DNA from: an uncultured Pseudomonadales bacterium
GTDB taxonomy: Bacteria; Pseudomonadota; Gammaproteobacteria; Pseudomonadales; Pseudohongiellaceae
Assembly (NCBI GenBank): GCA_943842505.1
Contig: CALTDI010000008.1
Location: 88,330-152,329 of the forward strand
Length of the DNA: 64,000 bases
Reading direction: 5' to 3'
Position 1 is the stretch's first letter. Every line of letters begins with the position of its first letter. Made by a program: the position numbers and the translations under genes. Under the pieces are notes generated by a model. The model was not told the DNA's origin and did no database searches. It saw nothing but the letters and a program-made list of their open reading frames with translations. This document shows positions 37,685-48,012 of the stretch, in pieces.

Positions 37685-38707
37685 ATGAAAGCTTTAACTT
37701 TTTCCAAACGGCAACTCCTTGCTATCGTGCTGCTAGGGCCACTCTCGATAGCCAGGCTGAGTGCGCAGAACACTAACGAATTAGAGCCAGTTGCCGCGCC
37801 AATTCCTCCTGGGCTTGAGACCGTAGAATATTATAGCCCCGCCGTAGATAGGCGCATGAAGTTTGATATCGTTTTGCCCGAGAGCTATTACCAGAGCGAT
37901 GCGCGCTACCCCGTGCTCTATTTGTTGCATGGCTATATGCAGAACTACACGGTGTGGGGTCGAAATCTGGCGGCCGCTTTTTATGCTCGCAACTTGAATG
38001 ATCTGATTGTTGTGTTGCCTGACGCGGGGAATAGCTGGTTTATTAACTATGCCTCCAGCGATGAAGGCCAGACCAACAATTGGGAAGACCACATCGTTGT
38101 CGATTTGCTCGCCCATGTAGACAGTCACTACCGGACCGAGGCGCGCCGAGAGGGCCGTGCCATCGCAGGACTATCCATGGGAGGCTTTGGTGCTTATTCC
38201 ATGGGGCTTAGAAACAGTGAGCTCTTTGTCTCCATAGGAAGCACCAGCGGTGCTCTTGGCCATGCGCGTACGGCGGCGGCTGCTATCCGCGCAGGAGCAG
38301 ACCGCAGGCCTGGTACTCCAGACCCGCAGCGTCAGGCCAGAATCGATGAGGCCGATGCCTTCATCTCCAAGATTATAGATATCCCCGGTTTCAGTACCCA
38401 GGATGAGCGCACACCCAAGGGCGTCGATTTCATTACGGCTGAGCAGGCTGAAGCCTACGACCCTTTTACTATTATCTATGAGGTCCCCAGAAGTCAGATG
38501 CCACATATCTATATGGATTCTGGAACCGAAGACGGTTTAGTGCAGGAGGCGCGAGAAATGGCGCAGTTATTGATGCTAAACAATGTGCCGTTTGACTATA
38601 TGCAGAATCATGGAAGGCATAACTCTGAATACTGGCGTCGCTCTATAGGCCATATGATGACTATCCAGAATGAGGTTATGCAGCGAGCACTGGGCAAGAG
38701 GCCCTAA
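37685..38707 (+). CDS. secreted alpha/beta-hydrolase, 'putative esterase' (esterase D-like) family
   Basis: Signal peptide, YPVLYLLHG, and nucleophile elbow GLSMGGFGA. Confidence 0.75.
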   Translation: MKALTFSKRQLLAIVLLGPLSIARLSAQNTNELEPVAAPIPPGLETVEYYSPAVDRRMKFDIVLPESYYQSDARYPVLYLLHGYMQNYTVWGRNLAAAFYARNLNDLIVVLPDAGNSWFINYASSDEGQTNNWEDHIVVDLLAHVDSHYRTEARREGRAIAGLSMGGFGAYSMGLRNSELFVSIGSTSGALGHARTAAAAIRAGADRRPGTPDPQRQARIDEADAFISKIIDIPGFSTQDERTPKGVDFITAEQAEAYDPFTIIYEVPRSQMPHIYMDSGTEDGLVQEAREMAQLLMLNNVPFDYMQNHGRHNSEYWRRSIGHMMTIQNEVMQRALGKRP

Positions 38708-38720
38708 GAGAATAGGAGCT

Positions 38721-39542
38721 ATGAGCATGAAAGAAAACAGCAAACCTGTGTTGACTGAATCGCAAGTCGCGGCGTTCAACGAGCGGGGCTATCTGGTTGC
38801 CGACTTTTCACTGGATGAGTCCATGCTCGATGCCATAGTGGAAAAGGTGCAGCCACTCTATCCGGAAGATTATCAGCAGAATCCGACGCTGCCTGCTAGA
38901 GTGCAGGATGCCTGGAAGTCGATAGATGAAGTCAGGCAGTTAGCGAGAGACGCGAGCATTGCGCAGGCTTTGCAGCAGCTTGTTGGTAGGCAGTCGCTGC
39001 CCTTTCAGACCCTGAATTTTCCCATAGGCACGCGCCAGTTTACTCATTCAGATACCGTTCATTTCAACTCAATTCCGAGCAACTATATGGCGGGGGTATG
39101 GGTAGCCTTGGAAGATATAGATGAGGACAATGGTCCGCTACTCTACTATCCGGGTAGTCACAAGCTGCATGAATATTCCATGCATGACTTTGATCTCGAG
39201 CCAGGCTATCACAACTATCACAAATACGAAGAATGTATTCAGAAAGTGGTAGAGAAGGAGCAGTTGCAAGGGGAGTACGGTGTTATCAAGAAGGGCGAGG
39301 CGCTAATCTGGCACGCTAATTTACTGCACGGAGGTGCGCCACAGAAAGATCTAATGCGAACTCGGCACTCACAGGTAACACACTACTATTTTGCCGATTG
39401 TAAATATTACACGCCCATGAACAGTACCGCCGATCAATTGAATTTTCGCGAGCCCTTCTGGATTCCCGACAGCGCAGACTACAAGATGCCTAAACCGGAC
39501 AGCCTACTTCGTCGTATTGTCAGGAAACTGGGTAGTAAGTAA
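38721..39542 (+). CDS. phytanoyl-CoA dioxygenase (PhyH) family Fe(II)/2OG oxygenase
   Basis: ATG 38721 is preceded by AGGAG. HxD in FTHSDTVHF and a distal His in WHANLLHGG. Confidence 0.7.
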   Translation: MSMKENSKPVLTESQVAAFNERGYLVADFSLDESMLDAIVEKVQPLYPEDYQQNPTLPARVQDAWKSIDEVRQLARDASIAQALQQLVGRQSLPFQTLNFPIGTRQFTHSDTVHFNSIPSNYMAGVWVALEDIDEDNGPLLYYPGSHKLHEYSMHDFDLEPGYHNYHKYEECIQKVVEKEQLQGEYGVIKKGEALIWHANLLHGGAPQKDLMRTRHSQVTHYYFADCKYYTPMNSTADQLNFREPFWIPDSADYKMPKPDSLLRRIVRKLGSK

Positions 39543-39583
39543 AGACAGCTGCGAATGAATTCTTACCACGGAGCAAGATAAGT

Positions 39584-41998
39584 ATGAGCACCACAGTTCA
39601 GTCACTGATCGCATTGGCCTTGGTCTGGGTTTTCGCCTATAGGCGTGCGCGCATGTCTACCATTCTCGGTTCCATGTTGCTGCTTCTTCTTGCCATGACG
39701 TTCTATGGTGGCTTTGCCTGGTTGCCGTGGCTGTTCCTTATTCTGGCAGCCTTTGCCTATCTCGCTACGGATTTGCGACTCACGTGGGTGACGACGCCAT
39801 TGTATAAATTCTTTCAGAGCGTTCTGCCGCCCATGAACAGAACCGAGATGGAGGCGCTGGAGGCAGGCGATGTATGGTGGGAGGCAGAACTATTCAAGGG
39901 GGACCCTGACTGGGATGAGCTTTTCAGTTTCCCGAAGCCCGAGCTCAGTGATCAAGAGCAGGCGTTTATAGACAACGAGACTGAGACTCTTTGCGCTATG
40001 CTGGATGATTGGCAGATCGTGCAACACGATAAAGACATGTCAGCAGAGGCCTGGCAGTACATGAAGGATGCGGGTTTTCTCGGGATGATTATTCCCAAGG
40101 AATACGGCGGCCTCGGTTTCTCAGCCATCGCTCATTCCAGCATCGTCACTAAGCTGGCTAGCAAGAGCAGTAGTGCGGCAGTTACCGCTATGGTGCCGAA
40201 TTCTCTGGGGCCTGCAGAACTGCTTTTAAAGTATGGTACCGAAGAGCAGCGTCAGCGCTATCTCCCCGGCTTGGCCAATGGCACAGAGATCCCGTGCTTT
40301 GGTCTTACTTCCCCGGAGGCGGGCAGCGATGCGGGGGCGATCATAGACTCGGGTATCGTGTGCAAGGGGCAATACAACGGCAAGGAATGTCTGGGCCTTT
40401 CACTTACGTGGAACAAACGCTATATAACCCTGGCACCGGTGGCCACGGTTCTGGGTTTGGCATTTAAGATGTATGACCCGGATCATCTCCTGGGCGAGGA
40501 GACTGAACTCGGAATCACGGTCGCCCTGATACCTGCTGCTCATCCAGGTGTTGTGCATGGTAATCGACATATTCCCATGGGCATGGCCTTTATGAACGGC
40601 CCGACTCAGGGCAGGGATGTCTTCGTTCCCCTCGATTGGATAATCGGTGGGCCCGACTATGCTGGCAAGGGGTGGCAGATGCTGGTCGACTGCCTCTCCG
40701 AGGGTCGCGCAATCTCACTGCCAGCATTGGGAACGGCCATAGCCAAGGTCTGCTATAGGCTAACTGGCGCTTACTCACGCATACGCACACAGTTCAATAT
40801 GCCCATAGGAAATTTCGAGGGCATCGAAGAAGCTTTGTCGCGAATAGCAGGCTATGCCTATCAACTAGAGGCCTCGCGTGTAATGACAGCCGGCGCGGTC
40901 GATCTTCATATCAAGCCTTCCGTGGTATCAGCTATCGCGAAGTATCATATGACCGAGAATGCGCGCAAGGTAGTGCAAGATGCGATGGATGTGCATGGAG
41001 GCAGAGGTCTCATATTGGGCCCGACAAATTACCTCGCCTACGCCTATATGAGTGTACCTATTGCGATCACCGTCGAAGGCGCGAACATATTAACGCGCAA
41101 TCTTATAATTTTTGGCCAGGGTGCTATTCGTTGTCATCCCTTCATCTTTAGAGAGATGCAGGCGGCGCAGGATGAAGACGCGGCGGCGGGCCTGAAAGAA
41201 TTTGATAGCCTTATCTTCCGCCACGCAGGTTACTGTTTTAGTAATTTTGTGCGCACACTGAGCTTGAGTCTAAGCTCCTCTCTAGTGGCCAGAGCCCCGG
41301 TGAATGATGCGACTGCTAAACACTATAGACAGATAACGCGCATGAGTTCGTCGCTGGCACTGGTCTCGGATATTTCTATGATGCTGCTTGGGGGTGCGCT
41401 GAAGCGCAAGGAGAGATTATCTTCACGCTTGGGCGATGTGTTAAGCAATCTCTATCTAGCCACCGCCGTGCTGAAATACTACCGCGACAATGGCAGCAAG
41501 AGTGAAGATCTTCCCTATGTCGATTGGAATATCCAGCTGGCCATGTACAACTGTCAGATAGCCTTCAGTGAGTTCTTCGAGAACCTGCCTAACAAGCCAA
41601 TAGCCTGGTTGTTAAAGCTGGTGGTCTTTCCGTTCGGCAGACGCTATAAGCTGCCTAACGATGCCCTGGAACAGACCATGGTTAAGACTATGTTCGAAGA
41701 TTCTGAGCTTCGAGAGCGTATCAGTCAGCCAATGTACATCGGTAAAGACACAAGCGATCCGAGTTTTATCATCGAAGACGCCTTCACCAAGCTGTTGGCT
41801 ACCAAGACGACAAGAGATACTATCAGGCAGGCGATCAAGGAAGGAAAGCTGGAAGCATTAGAAGATCTGGACATGCTGATGAAGGCGGCGATCAAGAACA
41901 AGGTTTGTAACAAGACCGAGGCGGCAGACTATTTAGCCGCAGAAGCGGCAAGATATCTTGCTATACAGGTAGATGATTTTCCGGCAGAGGCTTTTTAG
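39584..41998 (+). CDS. fadE: large acyl-CoA dehydrogenase FadE
   Basis: 804 aa and collinear with E. coli FadE as I recall it: N-terminal TM region, EALEAGDVWWEAELFKGDPDW, IPCFGLTSPEAGSDAGAI, WNKRYITLAPVATVLGLAFK, ITVEGANILTRNLIIFGQGAIRCHP. Confidence 0.9.
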   Translation: MSTTVQSLIALALVWVFAYRRARMSTILGSMLLLLLAMTFYGGFAWLPWLFLILAAFAYLATDLRLTWVTTPLYKFFQSVLPPMNRTEMEALEAGDVWWEAELFKGDPDWDELFSFPKPELSDQEQAFIDNETETLCAMLDDWQIVQHDKDMSAEAWQYMKDAGFLGMIIPKEYGGLGFSAIAHSSIVTKLASKSSSAAVTAMVPNSLGPAELLLKYGTEEQRQRYLPGLANGTEIPCFGLTSPEAGSDAGAIIDSGIVCKGQYNGKECLGLSLTWNKRYITLAPVATVLGLAFKMYDPDHLLGEETELGITVALIPAAHPGVVHGNRHIPMGMAFMNGPTQGRDVFVPLDWIIGGPDYAGKGWQMLVDCLSEGRAISLPALGTAIAKVCYRLTGAYSRIRTQFNMPIGNFEGIEEALSRIAGYAYQLEASRVMTAGAVDLHIKPSVVSAIAKYHMTENARKVVQDAMDVHGGRGLILGPTNYLAYAYMSVPIAITVEGANILTRNLIIFGQGAIRCHPFIFREMQAAQDEDAAAGLKEFDSLIFRHAGYCFSNFVRTLSLSLSSSLVARAPVNDATAKHYRQITRMSSSLALVSDISMMLLGGALKRKERLSSRLGDVLSNLYLATAVLKYYRDNGSKSEDLPYVDWNIQLAMYNCQIAFSEFFENLPNKPIAWLLKLVVFPFGRRYKLPNDALEQTMVKTMFEDSELRERISQPMYIGKDTSDPSFIIEDAFTKLLATKTTRDTIRQAIKEGKLEALEDLDMLMKAAIKNKVCNKTEAADYLAAEAARYLAIQVDDFPAEAF

Positions 41999-42008
41999 CG
42001 CCCGGCAC

Positions 42009-42761
42009 TCAATCGAAGCGAATCTCATCTTCTTCGTGGACATTGTCCACGAGTCGGGCAGCAACCATGGCGCTCAATGAGCTCGATTTAAACTCGCGGC
42101 GGTACAGCACGAGTATGATCACCGCACATGCAGCCATAAACACCCAGTCGTTGATAAACCAGGTCAGAGCGGCCATCGCGAAGTAGTAGGCGCGTATGCC
42201 GTAGTTATAGCTATGGGCTGCGCGATCCAGAACCTTAGCCATGGCATTGAAGTCTCGTGGCATGGCCTTAGCCTGGTACTTGTCGCCAGCGCTGTCCTTG
42301 TAGTATCTAACCGTATTAAAAGACGAACCAAACAGAATGAAACAGAAGCCATACTGACGCAGTGCCCAGCTAAAGGTAAAGAAGCCATAGACGAAGATGA
42401 AGATCATTAGCAGTAATTTCATCTGCACAATTTCAGGGGTAACTTCCTCAACGAAACGCAGCGTCGGCATGCTCATGAATTCATCGCTGGCGGCACTGAG
42501 GACTGTGACAAGAGAGGCAAGAATAAGCAGTGAAGTGGAGGCCATGAATGAAACCTGCCGCTCCAGGCTCGCGAGCAATTCTGCATCTACTTCACTCATT
42601 CCACTGCGAGACAACTTCAATACCCATTCCTTGCGGTATCGATAGAGCACGCTAGATAGGCTGTTTTTCTTCTTCGCCTGGTGGCGCGCAAAGTAGCTAT
42701 AACCCATCCAGCAGAGCACAAACCAGAGAAAACTAAGCATGTCGATGGTGGAGATTTCCAT
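42009..42761 (-). CDS. DUF599 family membrane protein
   Basis: Start taken at ATG 42759-42761 (MEISTIDMLSFLWFVLCWMGYSYFARH...YRYRKEWV). About 250 aa with several TM helices. Confidence 0.6.
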   Translation of the reverse strand: MEISTIDMLSFLWFVLCWMGYSYFARHQAKKKNSLSSVLYRYRKEWVLKLSRSGMSEVDAELLASLERQVSFMASTSLLILASLVTVLSAASDEFMSMPTLRFVEEVTPEIVQMKLLLMIFIFVYGFFTFSWALRQYGFCFILFGSSFNTVRYYKDSAGDKYQAKAMPRDFNAMAKVLDRAAHSYNYGIRAYYFAMAALTWFINDWVFMAACAVIILVLYRREFKSSSLSAMVAARLVDNVHEEDEIRFD

Positions 42762-42898
42762 GGCGCGCAGCTTACTGACAGCAATATTGAATTGCAAGAA
42801 CCTGCCTGTATTTAGTTGTGTTTTATTAACGGTCAGAGTTTGCTCAATCTGCATCCTAAGGCAGGAATATCCCCTGCAACTGTGGCAACATCGCCCTC

Positions 42899-44422
42899 AT
42901 GGGACCATTAGTAGCAGTAGACAAGGCGCAATGCCGCATCGGTGGACAGGCACTCCTGACGGTAGAGCATTTTGCCATCGAGCGTGGACAGCACTGGTGT
43001 GTCTTCGGGCGCAATGGCAGCGGCAAGACGCTGTTGGCAAACCTGATCGCAGCTAAACGACGCGAATCCAGCAGCTATATAAGCTATGCGGCGAATTTCG
43101 ATCCGGCTCTCGATCTCTATTCCGTCTCTTTCGAAGAGCAGCAGCGGCTATGGGAGCGAGACAATCGACTGGATATCAGCGAATACAACAGTGACGCGCA
43201 GGATAAAGGCACTGTCGTCGAGGAGCTAATCCGCGCATCGAGAGCGCGTCAGATTCAGGATGACAGCCTGTTTGCGCGCCTGATAGAACAGCTTGCCCTG
43301 AAAGGTGTTTTAGGCAAAGGGATCCGCTTTCTCTCCTCGGGCCAGATGCGCAAGGTGCTCATAGCAAGAGCCTTGTATGCCTATCGAGAAGGCGCGGTGC
43401 GCCTGCTCATTCTGGATGACCCGCTCGAGAGTATCGATAGGGTATCCCAGGAGCAGATAAGAAACACGATCGGAGCTTCTATGGACGAGGGCTTCAGCAG
43501 TCTGCAACTGTGCAGGCGTGCACAGGATATCTTGCCGGGAGTGAGTCATATGGCGCTGATGCGGCAGGATGCATCTGGCATGGGGATAGTCAGGCAGGGA
43601 AGCCTGGATGAAGTCATGGGGTCTGCAGAATATGCGCAGATAGAGAGTGCTCGCGCCCAAGTCCCGGAAAGGCTAAGCACACTCCTGCCGATGGATGCTG
43701 GGGTAAGAGACGACGAAGAGCTAATCAGGTTGGAGAATGTAACTGCCAGTTATGGGGACATCACTGTGCTGACTGATGTCAATTGGCTGATGACCTCTAG
43801 AGATCACGTGGTGATCGAGGGGCCCAATGGTTGTGGCAAGTCTACCTTGCTGAGCCTGATCGATGGTGAGAATCACAAGGGTTACGGGCAGGAGGTTTTT
43901 TTGTTTTCTCGCTTGAAGGGAAGCGGTGAGACTATCTGGGAGACAAAGAAACACTTTGGTGTGGTTTCCAATGAGCTGCACAACAAATATGTTAAAGGCT
44001 GGCGAGTTCTCGACGTTGTCGTGTCCGGCTTCTTCGATTCCGTCGGCCTCTACGATGAAACAGGCACAGCGCAGATTGAGGAGGCGAGAGCCTGGGTCGA
44101 GGCCCTTGGGCTGCAGCCACTCGAAAAAAATTACTACCATGAGATTTCTTTCGGGCAGCAGCGATTAATCTTGCTCGCCCGAGCGATGGTGAAGAAGCCG
44201 CGCATACTCATTCTGGACGAGCCCTGTGTGGGGCTGGACGACTACCACCGGCAATTGATTCTCGCCATGCTAGATGCAATAGCGCAGCGCGGGCAGACCA
44301 ATATACTGTATGTGACCCACGTGCCCGACGAACAGCCGCACTGCATCAATCAGGTTCTCCGATTTAGTAAACACAGTGCAGGCGGGTACACCGTCGAACA
44401 GTTGCCGCAAGGCGCCGCTTAA
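42899..44422 (+). CDS. modF: ModF-like double ABC ATPase
   Basis: Two ABC cassettes (GRNGSGKT ... LSSGQMRKVLIARAL ... LILDDP; GPNGCGKSTLLSLIDGEN ... GSGETIWETKKHFG ... ISFGQQRLILLARAM ... LILDEP). Close to E. coli ModF from memory. Confidence 0.75.
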   Translation: MGPLVAVDKAQCRIGGQALLTVEHFAIERGQHWCVFGRNGSGKTLLANLIAAKRRESSSYISYAANFDPALDLYSVSFEEQQRLWERDNRLDISEYNSDAQDKGTVVEELIRASRARQIQDDSLFARLIEQLALKGVLGKGIRFLSSGQMRKVLIARALYAYREGAVRLLILDDPLESIDRVSQEQIRNTIGASMDEGFSSLQLCRRAQDILPGVSHMALMRQDASGMGIVRQGSLDEVMGSAEYAQIESARAQVPERLSTLLPMDAGVRDDEELIRLENVTASYGDITVLTDVNWLMTSRDHVVIEGPNGCGKSTLLSLIDGENHKGYGQEVFLFSRLKGSGETIWETKKHFGVVSNELHNKYVKGWRVLDVVVSGFFDSVGLYDETGTAQIEEARAWVEALGLQPLEKNYYHEISFGQQRLILLARAMVKKPRILILDEPCVGLDDYHRQLILAMLDAIAQRGQTNILYVTHVPDEQPHCINQVLRFSKHSAGGYTVEQLPQGAA

Positions 44423-44459
44423 AGACGGTTTTCAAGCGTTTGAAAAAATTTCGGAACTG

Positions 44460-44891
44460 CTACATCCGAATGTAATTTTCGAGTTGCTCTATAGTTGACT
44501 GTTGTATCGAGATTACGTCCTTCACTAGATCGCCTATAGAAATCACACCAACTACTTCAGTGTCATTCACTACGGGCAGATGACGAATACGATGCTGCGT
44601 CATGAGCTCTAATGAACTTTGAACGCTGCTGGTTGGGGCTGCGGTGACGACCTCCTTGCTCATAATCTCTCCGACCAAGGTCTTCTTCGAGCTACGTCCC
44701 TTTAGAATCACCTCTCGGGCATAGTCTCGCTCAGAGATAATGCCTTCGAGCCTGTCTCCATCCATGACGGGCAAGGCGCCCGCACGCTTGTCGGCCATCT
44801 CCTGAATCGCCTCGAAGACGGTAGATGTGGGTATGACTGACCAGATTTCGTCAGTGTCCTTCTGGTTAAGTATCTGCTGTAGTGTGTGCAT
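44460..44891 (-). CDS. CBS domain pair protein
   Basis: 143 aa with two CBS repeats (GALPVMDGDRLEGIISERD; HRIRHLPVVNDTEVVGVISIGD). Confidence 0.8.
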   Translation of the reverse strand: MHTLQQILNQKDTDEIWSVIPTSTVFEAIQEMADKRAGALPVMDGDRLEGIISERDYAREVILKGRSSKKTLVGEIMSKEVVTAAPTSSVQSSLELMTQHRIRHLPVVNDTEVVGVISIGDLVKDVISIQQSTIEQLENYIRM

Positions 44892-44921
44892 CGCTCACTC
44901 CTCTTTTGGAAGTGACGACAA

Positions 44922-45467
44922 CTAATTTACCCTAGACAGAGAAATGCTGGCGAAGCCTGAGTTATTGCCGTAGAAGCCATGGCTGTCATTAACAAACAGG
45001 GAGAGTTTGCCGTCACAAGTTGCGACGAAGTTGTAACTACCACTAGCTTCATCAAAATGTAAATCGGAAATGCCGTGTAGGCTGCTGCCTTTGCAATTTG
45101 CCCGTAACAGCATCAATTCGAACCAGTTGTGGTCTCTGGAGCGTTTTAGCAATGCCATCGCCGCAATGGGCATAAGGCTGTCGGCAAAGCCATATTGGTC
45201 CAGGTCCTGGTTCTTCTCATTTGTTTCTATACTGCCATCCATCCAATTACTGAGTCGTGTAATCGTTAATTCATATTGAGCGCTCGCCTGAAGGCCCACC
45301 TCGCTATCGAGATTGGCGACGTTGGTGAAGAACAATAAAGTTGTAGATTTGCCGGGTAGAAGTATCTCTGCTGGATCTGCGTCGCCAAGGGGCATCCACC
45401 CTGGCACTGTACAGGCGCTTAATGAAATTGCGGTTAAAGTGACAAGTGCCACATTTAATATTTTCAT
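44922..45467 (-). CDS. hypothetical lipoprotein
   Basis: MKILNVALVTLTAISLSAC lipobox. No family recognised. Confidence 0.55.
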   Translation of the reverse strand: MKILNVALVTLTAISLSACTVPGWMPLGDADPAEILLPGKSTTLLFFTNVANLDSEVGLQASAQYELTITRLSNWMDGSIETNEKNQDLDQYGFADSLMPIAAMALLKRSRDHNWFELMLLRANCKGSSLHGISDLHFDEASGSYNFVATCDGKLSLFVNDSHGFYGNNSGFASISLSRVN

Positions 45468-45607
45468 CGAGATACGCTCTCAGTATGCTGATACATCTGT
45501 ACTCATACTACTCCGACCGGATGTAGAGTCAATTCGCTATCGATGAAATCGAGGGTGAAGTGTTACTATCTGGAACAGACTGATCGGTATTTATAAGGAA
45601 ACAGGCT

Positions 45608-45976
45608 ATGGAACAGATTCAGTGGGATGACTTTATGAAGGTGGAGCTTAGAGTGGGCACTATTGTCGCAGCGGAGGAGTTTCCCGAGGCCCGCCGTCCG
45701 GCCTATAAGCTAAAGGTAGATTTTGGTGAAGAGATAGGGACAAAAAAATCTAGCGCCCAGATCACGGACCTCTATACGACAGAGGAGCTCGTGGGAAAGC
45801 GAGTAATGGCCGTGGTAAATTTCCCTGCGAAACAGATTGGGCCTATTATGTCCGAATGCCTGGTAACCGGTTTTACCAATCAGGAGGGAGCGATAGTGCT
45901 TGCCGTACCGGACCCCTCGGTGGCGAGCAGCGGCTCGGCCGCGGGCGATGTCGCCAATGGGGAACGGCTCATCTAA
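45608..45976 (+). CDS. csaA: tRNA-binding domain protein (CsaA/YgjH-like)
   Basis: DFMKVELRVGTIVAAEEFPEARRPAYKLKVDFGEEIGTKKSSAQI is the classic EMAP/CsaA OB-fold N-terminus. Confidence 0.8.
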   Translation: MEQIQWDDFMKVELRVGTIVAAEEFPEARRPAYKLKVDFGEEIGTKKSSAQITDLYTTEELVGKRVMAVVNFPAKQIGPIMSECLVTGFTNQEGAIVLAVPDPSVASSGSAAGDVANGERLI

Positions 45977-46012
45977 ATCGACGGCGGGCCAATTAGATAT
46001 TGGAGCAACACA

Positions 46013-46435
46013 TTGAACGCTATACTGAGAAATGCTCTAGGAATAATAGTGGGGGTCATTGTCGGCGGCGCCGTGAATGGCGGCCTGGTAGTGATTGGGC
46101 CGATGGTCATACCGCCCCCCGCTGGTGTTGATATGACAACTGTCGAAGGTATGAGTGCCGGTATGGATTTGCTTGGCCCAGAGCACTTCGCCGTGCCGTT
46201 CCTTGCTCACGCACTAGGCACCCTCGTCGGTGGCCTTGTCGCTTACTTCGTCGCGGCTTCACAGAAACCCCTAGCGGTGTATTTCATCGGTGTTCTCTAT
46301 CTTATTGGGGGCATAGTAGCGTCGACCATGATTCCTGCCCCCGCATGGTTCATCGTGCTCGATCTAGTTGTGGCCTACCTGCCGATGGCATGGCTTGCCC
46401 TGAAGCTAGGCAGCTTGAGACAGCGAAGTGCCTAG
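46013..46435 (+). CDS. small hydrophobic membrane protein
   Basis: 140 aa, Gly/Val/Ala-rich, with about 4 TM helices. TTG start. No family recognised. Confidence 0.45.
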   Translation: MNAILRNALGIIVGVIVGGAVNGGLVVIGPMVIPPPAGVDMTTVEGMSAGMDLLGPEHFAVPFLAHALGTLVGGLVAYFVAASQKPLAVYFIGVLYLIGGIVASTMIPAPAWFIVLDLVVAYLPMAWLALKLGSLRQRSA

Positions 46436-46538
46436 GTGATTCGCTTAAATAAAGCAAAAATTTTGAGAACGGTGCTCCATAGTGGTAAAAATAATGGTAA
46501 AACAAGATGTTGCTCAGCGATTTTCGGGAGAGAGAATA

Positions 46539-47534
46539 ATGATAAGAACAACCCAGCTAAAGCCGCAACTGGCCATTTTCACGTTGCTAGCGGTCTTCTC
46601 CCATCCTCTGGCCCTTGGGCAGGCCTATGAGCCTCCGCGCACAGCTAACGGTAAGCCCGACCTGCAGGGCACCTGGACCAATGCGTCAATAACTACACTG
46701 GAGCGAAATGAACGCTACGCCGGACTGACTCTTAGTGACGATGAGGTGATTCGCGCAACCAATGACCATCCGCAGAATGTGCGTCTTGCCACCGACGATA
46801 ATATGGTTGCCGGAGAGCTTCCCGACGGTAGCGACCTGCCGCGGGGTCGGGGCTATAACGCATTCTGGATAGATCCGGGTACGAAGTTCGGTACGATCAA
46901 TGGCGAGCATCGAACTTCCTGGATTGTCGATCCAGTGGACGGACGTATTCCTTATAATGAAACTGGAATTGCACGCAAGGCTGCGCTTCGCGCAAAGAAT
47001 GCCAGCTTCGATGGCCCCGAGACCAGGCCGCTTGCGGAACGTTGCATCAGCACGGGCCTGAGGACAGGTCCGCCGATGATAAATGGGCTCTACAATAACA
47101 ATTACGAGTTTGTACAAACCTCTGACTATATAGTCTTACGCACGGAGATGATTAGCCACGCGCGTATCATCCCACTTGATACAGACCACAAGATGGCCGC
47201 GCTGGCGCCAATGTTCGGTGAATCCATAGCGCACTGGGAAGGCGATACGCTGGTGGTAGAGACAACTAATTTTAGTCCCATGCAGGAAGAGGCGGCGATA
47301 AGTCTTACCAGCGATGCACAGGTAGTTGAGCGATTCACCAGGGTTTCCGACGAGCAGATCGTCTATGAATTCAGCGTCGAAGATCCGACCTACTATTCAC
47401 AGCCCTGGCATGGAGAGTTGAGCTTCCTGTCAACGCCCAGCAAGGTGTATGAGTTCGCTTGCCACGAGGGTAACTATGCTATGAGTGGAATTCTTGCGGG
47501 TGCGCGTCGCGCTGAACACGATCAACAACAGTAG
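46539..47534 (+). CDS. secreted hypothetical protein
   Basis: ATG 46539 follows GGGAGAG. Signal peptide MIRTTQLKPQLAIFTLLAVFSHPLALGQA. No family recognised. Confidence 0.55.
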   Translation: MIRTTQLKPQLAIFTLLAVFSHPLALGQAYEPPRTANGKPDLQGTWTNASITTLERNERYAGLTLSDDEVIRATNDHPQNVRLATDDNMVAGELPDGSDLPRGRGYNAFWIDPGTKFGTINGEHRTSWIVDPVDGRIPYNETGIARKAALRAKNASFDGPETRPLAERCISTGLRTGPPMINGLYNNNYEFVQTSDYIVLRTEMISHARIIPLDTDHKMAALAPMFGESIAHWEGDTLVVETTNFSPMQEEAAISLTSDAQVVERFTRVSDEQIVYEFSVEDPTYYSQPWHGELSFLSTPSKVYEFACHEGNYAMSGILAGARRAEHDQQQ

Positions 47535-47563
47535 TCAGTAGCGGCTGTCTCAGGGAGTAAACG

Positions 47564-47956
47564 ATGGCGGCCGAAGAAGATCTGGATAAATTACTGGCAC
47601 TGTTAAACCCGAGTCTGCTTGCCGGTGACTTCGTGTTCTGTACTATAGAGAGTGCGCAATACGGGGACTTTGCCGACCTGCAACCCATTGCCTCCTATCA
47701 GGAGGAAGAAGGTCTGAGTTTGTTGCTAGCCAAGGGTGCGGCAGATACCGCTGGCCTTGCCTATGAGTCGGTCTTTAGTTGTATTAGCCTGATGGTGCAC
47801 TCCAGTCTCAACGCTGTTGGGCTCACCGCGGTGGTATCAGCAGGACTGGCGGCCCATGGTATCAGTGCCAATATGATCGCCGCCTACTATCATGATCACG
47901 TTTATGTGCCTAAAGACAAAGCGCAACTGGCCTTGCAAGTGCTCGCCGAGCTGTAG
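47564..47956 (+). CDS. ACT-domain-like small regulatory protein
   Basis: 130 aa. LDKLLALLNPSLLAGDFVFCTI ... SLNAVGLTAVVSAGLAAHGISANMIAAYYHDHVYVP resembles the ACT_7/DUF2241 arrangement. Assignment is from memory. Confidence 0.5.
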   Translation: MAAEEDLDKLLALLNPSLLAGDFVFCTIESAQYGDFADLQPIASYQEEEGLSLLLAKGAADTAGLAYESVFSCISLMVHSSLNAVGLTAVVSAGLAAHGISANMIAAYYHDHVYVPKDKAQLALQVLAEL

Positions 47957-48012
47957 GCTTCAAATTATCCGTCTTGAGAATTAATTGTTATTTGAAATTG
48001 AGGTAGTCCCCC